Below, piece by piece: positions 50,790-64,000 of a DNA stretch of 64,000 bases. The notes beneath the pieces are model-generated. The model saw only the letters and a program-made list of their open reading frames with translations. It searched no databases and was not told the DNA's origin. Every line of letters starts with the position of its first letter. The stretch's first letter is position 1. The DNA is from Mobula hypostoma (Eukaryota): the NCBI RefSeq assembly GCF_963921235.1, contig NC_086097.1, positions 175,834,001-175,898,000 on the forward strand, written 5' to 3'. The position numbers and the translations under genes are program-made.

Positions 50790-51623
50790 ATGTCTATGTC
50801 TACGAGAAGTGGGAAGAATTTACCTGAACCTAGTGATAAAGGTAATGGGAAAGGAAAGGTGCAAAAGGAAAGATCTGATGAAATGCCATCGTAGGCTGAA
50901 GATATCGTTCGGACACTGAATTCAATTAAGGATCAGAATGGATCAATTGAACACCAACTAGAAAAGAATAGTAATGAAATGAAGTCATTTCTGGGAAAAC
51001 TTAATGACCTGGAAACTCAAGTTATTACATATGAAGAGGAATTGAAGATAACTAAGCAAAAGTTGTCTGAAGCTACAACTCATTTGGAAAGATATCAAAA
51101 TAAGATTATAGACCTGGAAACGTGGTCTCAACAAAAGAATATATGAATTGTTGGGCTGCAGGAAGGAGCTGAAGATGGAGATTTAATTGCTTACTTTGGT
51201 AAGCTTCTCCACACTTTATTTCCTACCATTCTGTCAAAGCCACCTGCTACAGAAAGGGCACACAGGGCATTTATCTCGAAATCGAAGGACTCTAGTAAAC
51301 CAAGATCTGTTCTGGTCTGCTTTCATCACTTTAAAATTAAAGATCAAATAATGCGACAGTCAAGAAAACAGAGAGTTTTTAGATTTATAGAATCTGAGCT
51401 CTGCTTTTACGAAGATTATCCAAGACAGATAATGGAACAGAGATCAAAATTTGCCCTGGTAATGAAACAAGCATATGATAAACTTTTTCCCTCTTTGAGG
51501 TATCCGACAAGAATTAAAGTTTTTCCTGCTAATTCTCCTCCTTGTACTTTTTTTGATCCAAAAGCTGCACTGGACTTTGTTCAGGCTATACCCGCCGCTG
51601 TTACTGACGCCGCTGCTGAATGA
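50790..51623 (+). pseudogene. L1 ORF1 remnant
   Basis: Coiled-coil region, then DLE...NI*IVGLQEG, ERAHR, PRSVLVCFHHFK and FYEDY...SLRYP motifs. Internal stops. Confidence 0.85.
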
Positions 51624-52384
51624 ACCTTCTGAAAGGCTGTTTGGCTATCTGTATATTGTTTGCATTTCAGAAAGAAGATTTATGAAGGTCAATTGTATAT
51701 TTCATTGAGAGACTAATTAATGAAGACAAGGAGGGTTGTTCATTATTGCATATTGTTGGTTTTCCTTTGGAAAGATTTATGGCTTAAGTATGTCTATCTA
51801 AATGATCATCTGAACATTTGATGACAGAGAAGAAGATAAGGGGATTGTTCCTTTAATTTAATACTTGGTTTGTTTCTTTTTTTAATCAGCTAATTGGTAG
51901 TTTTTTACTACTAATAGGGCTTTTTATATATTTTTTCTGTTTTATTGTAACAGTTTATAATTGAATTTAAAGCTTTTTTAGGGAATTAATATTAAACTTA
52001 AAGATGGCACTGGTTTTTCTCTCTAAGAGATAACATTATTTTGGTTCTTTCTTGTTTATTAGTCGATGGAATGTAAATACCTTTTTTGCTGAGACTATAT
52101 ATTTTTTTTACAAGATCACTCTACATTTTTTACTAACTGGGGGGAGGGAAAGAAAACACAGACAGAACGGTCAGTAGCTTTGAACTCTATCGTAGATCGC
52201 TTGCCTTTTTCTGGCTTCCGGGTGTGGGTGGGTGGGTTTAGAGGTAGGTGTTTCTTTCCCCATTGGGTGGTTCCGGAGCATGTATGTTTTTTGTGTGGTT
52301 GTATTCTTCATCACCGCCATTTTTGATCATCCCGTATTGGTATGTGCTCTGTGCATGTATAAGGTAGAATAAAATTATAGTATG

Positions 52385-55300
52385 GTATATAAACAGATTA
52401 ATATAATAAGTTGGAATGTACATGGTTGGAATCATCCTATTAAATGAAAAAAGACTTAAAATTATTAACCAACTCCAACTTGATATAATTTTTGCTCAAG
52501 TGACACATATCAGGGTGGGAGATCAAAATAGATTTTTTGGATGGTGGAATGATTTGCCATTCCACTCTATTTCTCAGAGTGAAACAAAAGGTGTGTCTAT
52601 TTTTATTAAACCTAATATATTTATTCAAGAGGATATTGAATCAGATTCTAATGGTAGATTTTTAATTGTTAAAGGAATAATCTGTAACAGAAAAGTTGTT
52701 TTGGTTAATTTGTATGGTCCTAACTTAGATGATCCTTCCTTTTTTTCAAAAAGGTATTTGCTTTACTGCCTGATTTAAATGAATATATGCCGATAATGGG
52801 CGGGGATTTTAACTGCTGCTTAAATCCTATGATTGATAAGAGCTCAACCAATCAGCGACGTCCAAATCGATCCACGTCATTTATTAATTCCTTTTTGATT
52901 GATTTTGGGTTGATTGATTTGTGGAAGTATCTGCATCCCAATAATAGAGAATATTCTTTCTTCTCATGTTTTTAAAAAAAATTCGAGGATCGATTATATT
53001 ATAATCGATCCCCGCTTCTTGCCTAGTGTTAAAACTTGCGACTATGACGCTATTGCTATATCTGATCATGCACCTCTGAGTTTGTCTTTTGAATTTGATT
53101 ATGTCATTCTTGTCTGCCCACCTTGGCACATGTCTCAGACATTATTGCAAAACTCTGACTTGATATAGGGGGTATGTCTAAATTAGTTATATGGGATACA
53201 TTTAAAGCATTTTATATGGTCAGATTATTTCTTATTCAGCTAAACTTAAAAAATGACCTAAAGCAGAATTAAATAAAATTTCAAAACAAATTAAAGATTT
53301 AGATAATATCTATGCAATTTCCCCTAATACTGATTTATTTAAACAAAGGGTGGAACTTCAATCACAATATAACCTGTTATTAACTCATCCCATTGAAGGA
53401 TATTTGCTTAAGTTAAAGAGCCAATTTTATATGTTTGGAGATAAAAATAATAAACTGCTCGCATCTCAATTAGGATTCATAGGAAAATTCATAGGAGAGA
53501 TGAATAGCATAGCTCAGGAATATGAAGAAATGAATAAGATTTTTCAAGATTTTTATGCTGAACTTTATAAATCTTAATGTCCCTTAGATTCCTCTGAAAT
53601 GAATGCTTTTTTAACAAAAGATTGTTTTTCCTAAAATCTCAGTTGAGGATCAAAAAACTCTTGATGCTCAAATCACTGAAGCCAAAATTCATAAAGCTAT
53701 TTTTTCAATGCAATCTGGTGAGTCCCCAGGACTTGATGGCTATCCTGTAGAATTTTATAAAAAATTTGGAAAGTTGCTTTCTCTGTATATGTTGGAAATG
53801 TTTAAGGATTCTTTTGTGAAAGGTGACTTACCCTCTACTTTTTATGAGGCTTCTATTTCTTTAATTCTTAAAAAAGATAAAGATCCTGACTGTGCTTCAT
53901 ATAGACCTAATTCATTACTGAATGTCGATGCTAAGATTCTGTCAAAGATAATGGCCAATCGGTTGGAGAATATTTTGGGTAAAATTATTTTTAAAGATCA
54001 AACAGGCTTTATAAAGGGTCACTATTCTTTTTCAAATGTTCGGAGACTATTTAACATTATATATTTTTCCTCTTTTAAAACTCCACAATGTGTTGTATCT
54101 CTGGATGCTGAAAAAGCATTTGATCGAGTTGAATGGAAATATTTATTCAATGTTTTAGAGAAATTTGGCTTTGGTGCTAATTTTAATAATTGGATTAAAA
54201 TTATATATAAAGCCCCTATTGCTACTGTTGTCACTAACAATTGTAGGTCTCCTTTTTTTCCAGCTTTCACAGGGGACAAGGCAAGGCTGTCCATTAAGTC
54301 CTTTGTTGTTTAATTTAATATTAGAACCCCTTACTCTTGCTCTTCATGAGGCTAAAAATATCCATGGGATTTTTGTGAATGAGACCATGCATAAGATCTT
54401 TCTTTACGCTGATGATTTATTGGTTTATATATCTAACCTTGATGAATCTATTCCTGCCTTGCTAAAATTATTTAATGAATTTGGACGTTTTTCAGGATAG
54501 AAAATAAATTTTAGTAAAAGTGAATTGTTTCTTTTAAATGATTCTGTCTCTATATATGATAATACTCCTTTTAAAGTCAGACTCTTTTAGATATTTAGGT
54601 ATAATTACTAAAAAATATAAGGATCTTTATAAAGCCAGTTTTGTTCCTTTAGTAGACCCTATGAAGTATTTATCTGGTAGATGGAGTCCACTTACATTTT
54701 CACTTGTTGGTCGTATTCATATAGTTAAAATGATGATTTTACCAAAATTTTTATATTTATTTCAGAATATTCCTGTTTTTTTGACTAGGAAGTGTTTTTG
54801 ATCAGATTGATTTTATTATTTTATCTTTTATTTAGAATAATAAAAGACCAAGAATTAGTAAATGTCACTTACAAAAATTGAAAAAGGATGGAGGTCTTGC
54901 TTTGCCTAATCTAAAAATGTATTATTGGGCTGTTAATGTGCAATACATGTCTTTTTGGTTATACTGGGTTGATAAGAGTGATTGGCCAATTTGCGTAGAC
55001 CTGGAACTGAAAGTTGTAAAACAGTTTTATTTAACCTCGTTTTTGGGAGCTCCTTTACCTATGCAATTAGTTAAAGTTGTTAATTTAAACCTATATCCTG
55101 TGATTAAGTATTCTTTACAAATTTGGCTCCAGTTCTGCAATTTTTTTAATCTTAAAAAATTTAAACTTTGTAGTTTAATTTATCAAAATTACTTTTTTTC
55201 AGCCTTTGAGTGATCCAAGTTTTTTTACTTTGGAAAAATAAAGGTATTAATTCTTTTTTGGATTTATTTAAAGAAGATAGATTGATGTCTTTTGAACAAT

Positions 55301-57090
55301 TAATTGATAAATATTCTCTTTCATACTCACACTTTCTGCAATACATAGAAAAAATAGGCGCCGGAGTAGGCCATTCGGCCCTTCGAGCCTGCACCGCCAT
55401 TTATTATGATCATGGCTGATCATCCAACTCAGAACCCCGCCCCAGCCTTCCCTCCATACCCCCTGATCCCCGTAGACACAAGGGCCATATCTAACTCCCT
55501 CTTAAATATAGCCAATGAACTGGCCTCAACTGTTTCCTGTGGCAGAGAATTCCACAGATTCACCACTCTCTGTGTGAAGAAGTTTTTCCTAATCTCGGTC
55601 CTAAAAGGCTTCCCCTTTATCTTCAAACTGTGACCCCTTGTTCTGGACTTCCCCAACATCGGGAACAATCTTCCTGCATCCAGCCTGTCCAATCCCTTTA
55701 GGATTTTATACGTTTGAATCAGATCCCCCCTCAATCTTCTAAATTCCAACGAGTACAAGCCCAGTTCATCCAGTCTTTCTTCATATGAAAGTCCTGCCAT
55801 CCCAGGAATCAATCTGGTGAACCTTCTTTGTACTCCCTCTATGGCAAGGATGTCTTTCCTCAGATTAGGGGACCAAAACTGCACACAATACTCCAGGTGT
55901 GGTCTCACCAAGGCCTTGTACAACTGCAGTAGTACCTCCCTGCTCCTGTACTCGAATCCTCTCGCTATGAATGCCAGCATACCATTCGCCTTTTTCACCA
56001 CCTGCTGTACCTGCATGCCCACTTTCAATGACTGGTGTATAATGACACCCAGGTCTCGTTGCACCTCCGCTTTTCCTAATCGGCCACCATTCAGATAATA
56101 ATCTGTTTTCCTATTTTTGCCACCAAAGTGTATAACTTCACATTTATCCACATTAAATTGCATCTGCCATGAATTTGCCCACTCACCCAACCTATCCAGG
56201 TCACTCTGCATCCTCTTAGCATCCTCCTCACCGCTAACACTGCCACCCAGCTTCGTGTCATCCGCAAACTTGGAGATGCTGCATTTAATTCCCTCATCCA
56301 AGTCATTAATATATATTGTAAACAACTGGGGTCCCAGCACTGAGCCTTGATACCTTCAAGTTAGACATTTTTTACAAAAATATTTAAATAATCTCCCTTA
56401 CATATTGGAGGCTGACCTGTTACATACTATTATGAGTATGAATCCTTTGATTAAGGGTTCTATTTGAAGAATTTATAATTTACTATTACAATGGGATAAG
56501 CGTCCTTTGTCTAAGATTAAACAGGATTGGGAAAAGGAACTTAATTTGACTTTTATGACGGAGGATTGGATGCGAATATTGAAGTTGGTTAACTCTTCAA
56601 TTTATGCTAGCCATTCATTGATTCAATTTAAAATTGTACATCGTTATCATTTGACGACAGAGAGACTTTCTAAAATCTTTTCTAATGTTGATCGTCATTG
56701 TGATAGGTGTAAAACTGAGATAGCTACACTGACACACATGTTTTGGTCTCGTTCTATATTGGAACAATTCTGGAAGTCAGTTTTCTCAACAATTTCTAAA
56801 GCACTTAAAATTAATCTACAACCTAATAAATTAACTGTGCTTTTTGGAATAATTCCTCAAAATATTCATGGTATTTCTGTGTCTGACCAACATGTTATTG
56901 CATTTGTTACATTGGTTGCTAGGAGGACCATTTTGTTGAAGTGGAAGGATACATCAGCTCCCACTTTGTGACAATGGTTCTCTCAAGTGATGCTATGTCT
57001 TAGTTTGGAGAAAATTAGAAGTTGAACCTTTGAACCTTTATTTGATTTTGGGAAAAGATGGGGCTCATTTGCTCGTTATTATCATTTGAG
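52385..57090 (+). pseudogene. L1 ORF2 remnant (APE, RT, C-terminal CCHC), interrupted by CR1
   Basis: NLYGPN, GGDFN, SRIDY and SDHAP (APE); YRPNSLLNVDAKIL, DAEKAFDRVEW, GTRQGCPLSP and YADD (RT); CDRC...HMFW. Many frameshifts. Confidence 0.9.
55345..56349 (-). mobile_element. Young 5'-truncated CR1 nested antisense in L1 ORF2
   Basis: 303-codon open frame nearly identical to the other two young CR1 copies; atac duplicated at 55341-44 and 56350-53. Confidence 0.95.
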
Positions 57091-58625
57091 CTAATTGATA
57101 TAATTTTTCCACGATCTGATTGTAAATTTTTTAGTATATTTTCTTTTCTTGCTGGCGGTTTGATGTTTATTTTTAGAAGCTTTTTGTATGACGCATGACT
57201 CTGGGGTTGTACATCTCATGGGTTTTTTTTCCCCTTACTTTTCTGCTTAGTAGGTTTTTTTTAAAATCACAAATTTTTTTTCAATCTTTAATATAATGTC
57301 TTTTTTGAGATATTGTAAGTGTTGTTACTTCAATGTACTCGTTATTTTTTCTGTATAATATAACAATAAAAAGATTTGAAAAGAAAGAAAGAAAGATATG
57401 GTTAAACTGGAAAGAGGACTAGAAGGCCTGAGTTCTAGGGAGAAGTTGGCTAGACCAAGTCTTTATCCAGTGAACACAGTAGAATGAGAAATGACCTTCT
57501 CAAAATTATTAAAATTATAAAGGTAGATGGTAACAGTCTTTTCCCCAGGGTGGGAGGGGGTTTCCAAAACAAGATGGTACAAGTTTAGGGTGAGAGTGAA
57601 AGTATTTAAAAGGGACCTGACGGGCAACTTTTTCATGCAGAGGGTGGTGAGTGTATAGAGCAAGCTGCTGGAAGAAGTGGTTGTGGAATGCACAGGCAGG
57701 ATATGGGGAGCCATTCCATGAGTCTTTGTTTGGCCTTACCTTGGCAGTGGAGGAGGCAGAGGTCAGTGCAGGAACATGCATTAGGACTAGAGAATGACTT
57801 GCAGCCAGAATCTTGAGATGGCCACTGTGGAACAAAAAAGCAAATTACGGACAAACAAAATTTGGGGTGAGAAGGCGTGGGATGAGTTTGGGGTGGTTTG
57901 AGAAACCAGGGGTCCTCGAAGATTTAGGAGGCCTGAAGTGGGGCAATGGGTGTCCTACCATCCTCCAGATGCACCTCCAAGTAGGACATTGACAGACATG
58001 TGCGTGGATAGCACATGAAGTTTAATCCAGACCCACGAGGTGATACTTTTTGGAGAGTACTAATGATGCTAGGGCATTTGCCATGAATGGCGGAATCAGG
58101 GATGACTGAGGAGTGAGAGAGTCCAAGTCCATATGTCCTTGAAGTTGGCAACCATAAGGGAAGAGTTAAATTTGATTTCTCCTTGGTAAATGCTAATATG
58201 CATAACACAAAATGGAAGTTTGACAAATGGTATCAGCTTGGAATGTGGCAACAACCGGGAGATGTCTATAGATACAGCTCCTTGAGATTAGATAAAGGTG
58301 AAGAATGGTTTCTTACTTACAGACCTACTGTCCCTGTTTCTAAGTTATGCACTTTGGCTGTAATGTGTAAGAGAGAAGATGGTACAGACTGGCACCACTA
58401 AGGGATGGAAAAGTGCTTGGGTGAAAGTTATGTTAGATTCGGTAGGAAAGATTTTCTGTAACGACCCTTGTGACAGTGGAGCTGAATGAATCTGTTTGAA
58501 AGGGTGCTCCGCTCCTTATTCAGTTGGTCATGGAGAAGATGTGCCAGATTGTCCATAATGAATAACAGTTTGTTTAGTGACCTCCTCCCCACAACCAACT
58601 CAAAAGAGTCAGGGTTACATATACA

Positions 58626-60087
58626 CAGTGCGTATAAAAAGTATTCACCTTCCTCCCCCACCCCCCTTGGAAGTTTTCATGTTTTATATGTTTGACAACA
58701 TTGAATCACAGGAGATTTAATTTGGCTTTTTTAAACATTAATCAACAGAAAAGATTCTTCCATACCAAAGTGAAAACAAATTTCTACAATTAGTCTAAAA
58801 TTATTTCAATTAATAAAAATAATAGATTGCTTAATTACTCACCCCCTTCAAGTCAGTACTTAGTAGATGCACCTTTGGCAGCAATTACAACCTTGAGTCT
58901 GTGTCTCTATCAGCTTTGCACATCTGACACTGCAAATTTTCCCCATTCTTCTTTACAAAACTGCTCATGCTCTGTCAGATTGCATGGAGATTGTGAGTGA
59001 ACAACCCTTTTCAAGTCCAACCACAAATTGGATTGAGGTCTGGAATCTGACTCGGCCACTCCAGGACATTAACTTTGTTGTTTTTAAGCTATTCCTGTGT
59101 ATCTTTGGCTTTATGCTCGGGGTCATTGCCTTGCTGAAAAACAAATCTCCAAAGTCACAGTTCTCTTGCAGACTGCATCCTCTACCTTCGCAAGCTTGCT
59201 GCAGTGAAGCATTCCCAGAGCATGATACAGCCACCATAGCATTTAGTCTGATGGCCAAAAAGCTCAATTTTGGTTTCATCAGACCACAGAACCTTCTTCC
59301 AGCTGACTTCAGAGTTGCCCACATGCCTCCTGGCTAACTCTAGCTGAGATTTCAAGTATTTTTTTTTAAAACAGTGGCTTTCTCTTTGCCACTCTCCCAT
59401 AATGTTGCAACTGGTGAAGTACCCAGCTATTAGTTGTTGCATGCACAGTCTCTCCTATCTCAGCCACTGAAGCTTTTAACCCCTCCAGTTATCACAGGTC
59501 TCTTGGTGGCCTCCCTCACTGGTCTCCTTCTTGCACAGTCACTCAGTTTTTGAGGACAGCCTGCTCTAGGCAGATTTACAGCTGTGGCATGTTCTTTCCA
59601 TTTCCCGATGACTGACTTAACTGTACTCCAAGGGATATTCAGTGACTTGGAAATTTTCTTGTGCTTTTCAATAACCTTTTTGCAGAGTTGGCTTGGAGTG
59701 TTCTTTTGTCTTCATGGTGTAGTTTTTGCCAGGGTACTGACTCACCAGCATTTGGACCTTCCTGCTACAGGTGTATTGTTACTACAATCAGTTGAAACAC
59801 CTTGACTGCACACAGGTGATCTCCATTTAACCAATTATGTGACTTCTAAACCCAACTGGCTGCACCAGTGATGATTTGGTGTGTCGTATAAAAAGGGGTG
59901 AACTCTTACACAATCAATTATTTTGTGCTTTGTATTTGTGATTAATTTAGATCACTTTGTAGAGATCTGTTTCCATTTTGACACAAAAAGTCTTTATTTG
60001 TTGATCAGTGTCAAAAATAGCCAAATTAAATCCACTGATTCAACATTGTAAAACAATAAAACATGAAAACTTCCAAGAGGTATGAAT
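58626..60087 (-). mobile_element. Tc1-like DNA transposon, deleted and decayed, with long TIRs
   Basis: Left end cagtgcgtataaaaagtattcacc...cttggaagttttcatgtttta is mirrored by taaaacatgaaaacttccaag at the right end (~200-bp inverted repeats). Transposase motif WKKVLWSDETKIELFG...GGCIMLWECF. Confidence 0.88.
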
Positions 60088-63000
60088 ATATACACATGTA
60101 TATACATACACACACATATATATGTACATACATGCTAGAAAAGATTTCAGACAGTTGCACTTCCTGTCAGTTGAATATTGTGTGTCATGGCTTAGTGATT
60201 GGTTGATAAGTATTATTTTGTCTCTCTTATTCCTTCATTGACCTTTTTCTTTCTTTTTAAGTATATTCTTCATATTAATCTAATAAATTAATTTCCTATC
60301 ATCTTGAATATGTGTACAATTGTTCCTTTGTTTGCTGACACCTCTTGCTGCCAAATCAGAAAAGAACAAGGAACAAATTTTAAAATACCTTTGTTTGGGC
60401 AGCACAGCTGGGCAACACGGTTAGCAAGGCATACGGGACACTGACCCGTCATTCGTCAGGGTACTGAATACAGAAACAGAGAATCTGAATCACAGTCAAG
60501 TTGAATATCACCAGCATATGTCGGGAAATTTGTTGTTTTGTGGCAGCAGTACATTGCAAGAACATAATAAAAGCTGTAAATTATAGTAAGTATGTATATT
60601 TTAAAAAGTTAAATAAGTGCAAAAATAGGGAAAAAAAGGTAGTAATGAGGTAGTGTTCATGGGTTTGATGCCCATTCAGAAATTGGATGGCAAAGGGGAA
60701 GGTGGTGTTCCTGAGTTATTGTGTGTGTACTTTCAGGCTTCTGTATCTCCTTTCCTGAAGGTGGCAATGAAAAGAGGGTATGCCCTAGGTGATGGGGTTT
60801 TAATGATGAATGCTGCTTTTTTGAGGCATCATTCCTTGAAGGAGTCCTGGGTGCTGAGGAGGCTAGTTCCCCATGGTGGAGCTGACTGAGCTGTGTAGAT
60901 TACTTTGATCTTGTGTAGTGCCCCCACCCCATAGCAGAGGGTGATGCAGCCACTTCGAATGGTCTCCACAGTACCTCTGTAGAAACTTATGAGTGTCTTT
61001 GGCAACATACCAAATCTCTTCAAACTCCTAATGAAATCTGAGATTTAGTACGTCAGAGAAAATCTTGGTTAGATCTTCATGGGTTTAAGGGTGTGTTTCC
61101 GTATTGCTCTACCTCTTCTGAAGTACGGCATCCAGTTCTGGGCACTGTGTGCTGGAGAGGCTGCAGCTGAGATTCATTAAGATGTCAGCTGTATTTGGTG
61201 CCCACGATGTGGCTTCCTCTACATTGACAACAGCTTTGCCAGGCACCTGAGCTCTGTTCACAGTGGTCACTGTAAGCCCTTTATTGCACACCATTTTTAA
61301 CCTAAGCATGAGTTAAGGCAGCACACAGGTTTTGCCAAACACTCAGCAGAATGACACTGACTACAACTAGCAGAAAAAAAGCAATGAAAGCAAAAGAGGC
61401 CTTTTCTTCCCTCGCTCCCACCCACCACACACAAACAGTCCTCCAGTCCCAGTACAGGCTTTCGGGTCTCCAGTCTCAGGCAAGAAAGCTTGCCGATGGC
61501 TCTTATGCCTTAGGAGACTAAAGACATTTGGCTTGTCCCTGTTTGACCCTCACCAATTTTTAAGATTGATTTCACTGTAAGATTCTATCTGGATGTATCA
61601 TGGCCTGGTATGGTGACTATTCTGCACCCAATTACAACCATGTGATTAATCAACCTACTAACCTGTACATCTTTGGGATGTGGGAAGAAACCAGAGTATC
61701 TGGAGGAAACCCATGCGGTCAAAGGGAGAACATACCAACTCCTTAGGACATTAAACCCTGGTCATTGATACTGTAATATTGCTAAGTTTTGTGCTTCCGT
61801 ACTGACCCAAAGGTGTGGGGAGGAGGGTGGTGTTCTTCACACAGATAGTCATAGATACCTGGAATGAATTGCCAGAGAGAATGGTTGACGTTGGACATCG
61901 ACAGCATTCTAAAGTGTATCTATATGAGCACTTGAATCTCCCAGGCTAAGGACCAAATGCTAGGAGATGGGATCAGTACAGAAGAATGAGTTGGGCTGAA
62001 TAGCCTGTTTCTATGTTGAATGATTCCAAGACTCTAAATAACCACTTTTACTTAATAAAATCTTTTATTCCAAACAAGGTGTAAACATAAATTGCAGCTT
62101 TTCAGAAAAACACCTGAGCAATCAAATTTCTCACATCATCCCTCTCAGAGAACATGTATTAATTAATCTGCCATTTTCCTAACAACAAGACCTACAAAAC
62201 ACTAAATTAAAAGAGACAAATCAACATATACTCAGTTTCCTGTATGAAGTTAATTGTCAGAGATTAATACATTTTGATAAAGCAATTATTACTTCGAAGC
62301 CCCATAATATAAAAACGCATAAAGCAATTATTACTTTGAACCCCATAATATAAAAATGCGTAACGAGTGTTAACAGTCTATGTATCCATCACAGCAAGTT
62401 GTTGTTAAAAAAAGTCATAATGCACTTAAAGCCATTCAAAATGTTTCAGTGAAATAATAGTTTAAAAATCTCCATTTCAAAAAAAATACACTCAATTCCA
62501 AATGTTACATTGATTGAGATTACACTGATCATAAGCACGTGTCAATAAGCAGTTCCGTAGCACGCCCTGTCAGAGATATTTCCCTCTGGTGGTGATGAAA
62601 GCAAGCAATCCACCAAAAATAGTTTGAGAGGCAAAATTACACCTGTCCTGCACAACAGCAGGAAGTTGCTTTGGACAGAATTCTGCTCTACAATAGCAGA
62701 ACATTCAGGAAGAGTTTAAATTCATTCTGCGAAATAATAAAGATGAGTTGAGTGCAAAGCAAGGGCGCGAGGCAAAAGACCAACCACAAATTATTGAATG
62801 CAGAAGCAGACATGAGGGGCGTCTTCCTCTACTTCTGTTTCTTAAGAGATATTTCCTGTGAAGCTTTACATTGAGTGCTTACACACACAAAATTGGCACC
62901 GAGACACATGTAGAAATATCAAACATATTCTGCAGTTGCTGGAAATCTTGAGCCACACACGCAAAATACTGGAGGAACTCAACAAATCAGGCAGCATCAA

Positions 63001-63679
63001 TGGAGGAACTCGATGTGTGGGGGATGAATTACCAGCACTTCAATCTGAAGTATCCACAATTCCTTATCGCCCCCAACCCGTCCCTCCAGATGCTGTTCAA
63101 CCCGTTCCGTTCTTTCAGCAGATTGCGTGTGGCTCCAGGTTTCAATCTTTGCAATCTGTTGTGTCTCCAGTTAAACAGGCCACTTAATTCATCAAGTTGC
63201 TTACGTGAGCCTCCACTTAATGTCTCTTACGAACAAGAGCAGAAGTAGGCCACTCAACCCTTCTAATGTTCTCTGCCACTCAATACGAACAATGGCTGAT
63301 AAGTGTAACCCCAATTCAGCATTCCTATATAATTACCGTCACCCTATCAACACAACCTTTCTATCCCCCTTTCCCTGCTGTCCACCTAAAATCTCTATGG
63401 GAACCAGTCCCACATTCTTCCCGTTCCCTGGGAAAGAAGTGTTTACTGGTATTCCCAATTGTATTTGGGAGCCACCACCTAAGAATGAATGGAAATACAC
63501 TGAGGTCACCTGGGGCCATTAGATACCCCTGGCTCTGTGTTTATTCTTTGGTGTCATTGGACTGGTAATCCCAGAGATAAGGATTATTGATCCAGATACA
63601 CAGGTTCAAATCCCCTGATTGCTGAGGAATTTTAAGTTCAACTAATAAAATAAAACCAGTATAAAAAAAGCCATGGAAA

Positions 63680-63905
63680 TGATTTACTGGAGTAACTCAG
63701 ATGGTCAGGCAGAGGGATGGTCAATTGGAGTTACTCAGCAGTTACTCCTTGTGTTTTACCTGTAAGTGTGATCTTTTGTAGTTCAATATTAACCTAATAT
63801 CAGTCCTGAAGAAGGGTCTCAGCCCAAAATGTTGACAGGTTATTCCACTCCATAGATCCAGTGTGACCCAACGAGCTCCTCCAACATTTTGTGTATGTTG
63901 CTCAA
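63680..63905 (+). mobile_element. Older Penelope-derived short insert with decayed hammerhead motif
   Basis: cagtcctgaagaagggtctcagcccaaaatgttgac (63801-63836) and a ccaacattttgtgtatgttgc end shared with the 28402-28609 insert. Confidence 0.65.
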
Positions 63906-64000
63906 TGCTAATGCCATCTCTTTTTTTTTGGGTGTAATGATGTGTTAAGTCAACTCATTTTTGAACCATATAACCCAGGTTAGGATTTAAGGACAGGGAT

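Larger units (their letters stand above)
50662..57389 (+). mobile_element. Full-length decayed L1-clade LINE (5' UTR, ORF1, inter-ORF spacer, ORF2, A-rich tail)
   Basis: 12-bp TSD agaaagatatgg (50650-61 and 57390-401); aataaa plus (gaaa)n tail; inserted in an old CR1 that continues on both sides. Confidence 0.92.

Noticed and set aside
57700..58420. Unassigned sequence with short ORFs (57924-58226, 58183-58401)
   Set aside because: No motif I can recognise. Possibly an old retroelement remnant, but not supportable without a database search.

Overview
Vertebrate genomic DNA, most likely from a cartilaginous fish (inferred from the CR1/Penelope/Rex-Babar/HE1-like repeat landscape). It is mostly transposable-element debris. 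The one recognisable host gene is transthyretin (TTR) on the minus strand, which the ORF track misses as a gene. It has a TATA promoter with a strikingly mammal-like HNF1/FoxA/HNF6 block (~11686-11780), a signal-peptide exon 1 (coding 11569-11631), a ~10.1 kb TE-filled intron 1 and exon 2 (1319-1455); exons 3-4 were not found and probably lie left of the window. Upstream of TTR are three near-identical young CR1 copies, a 56-bp minisatellite (~23 copies), a Penelope RT/GIY-YIG element and small Penelope-derived inserts with hammerhead-ribozyme motifs. There are also two deleted hAT transposons with 8-bp TSDs, a full-length decayed L1 with 12-bp TSD and a Tc1 remnant. A complete but dead Gmr1-type Gypsy element (integrase before RT) has been hit by a Rex/Babar LINE, a CR1 and a 2.66-kb pure-purine expansion. 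I found no convincing wholly new biological system. The best leads are the TTR promoter, an alternative TTR splice donor, the ribozyme-bearing mini-elements and the LTR purine tract.
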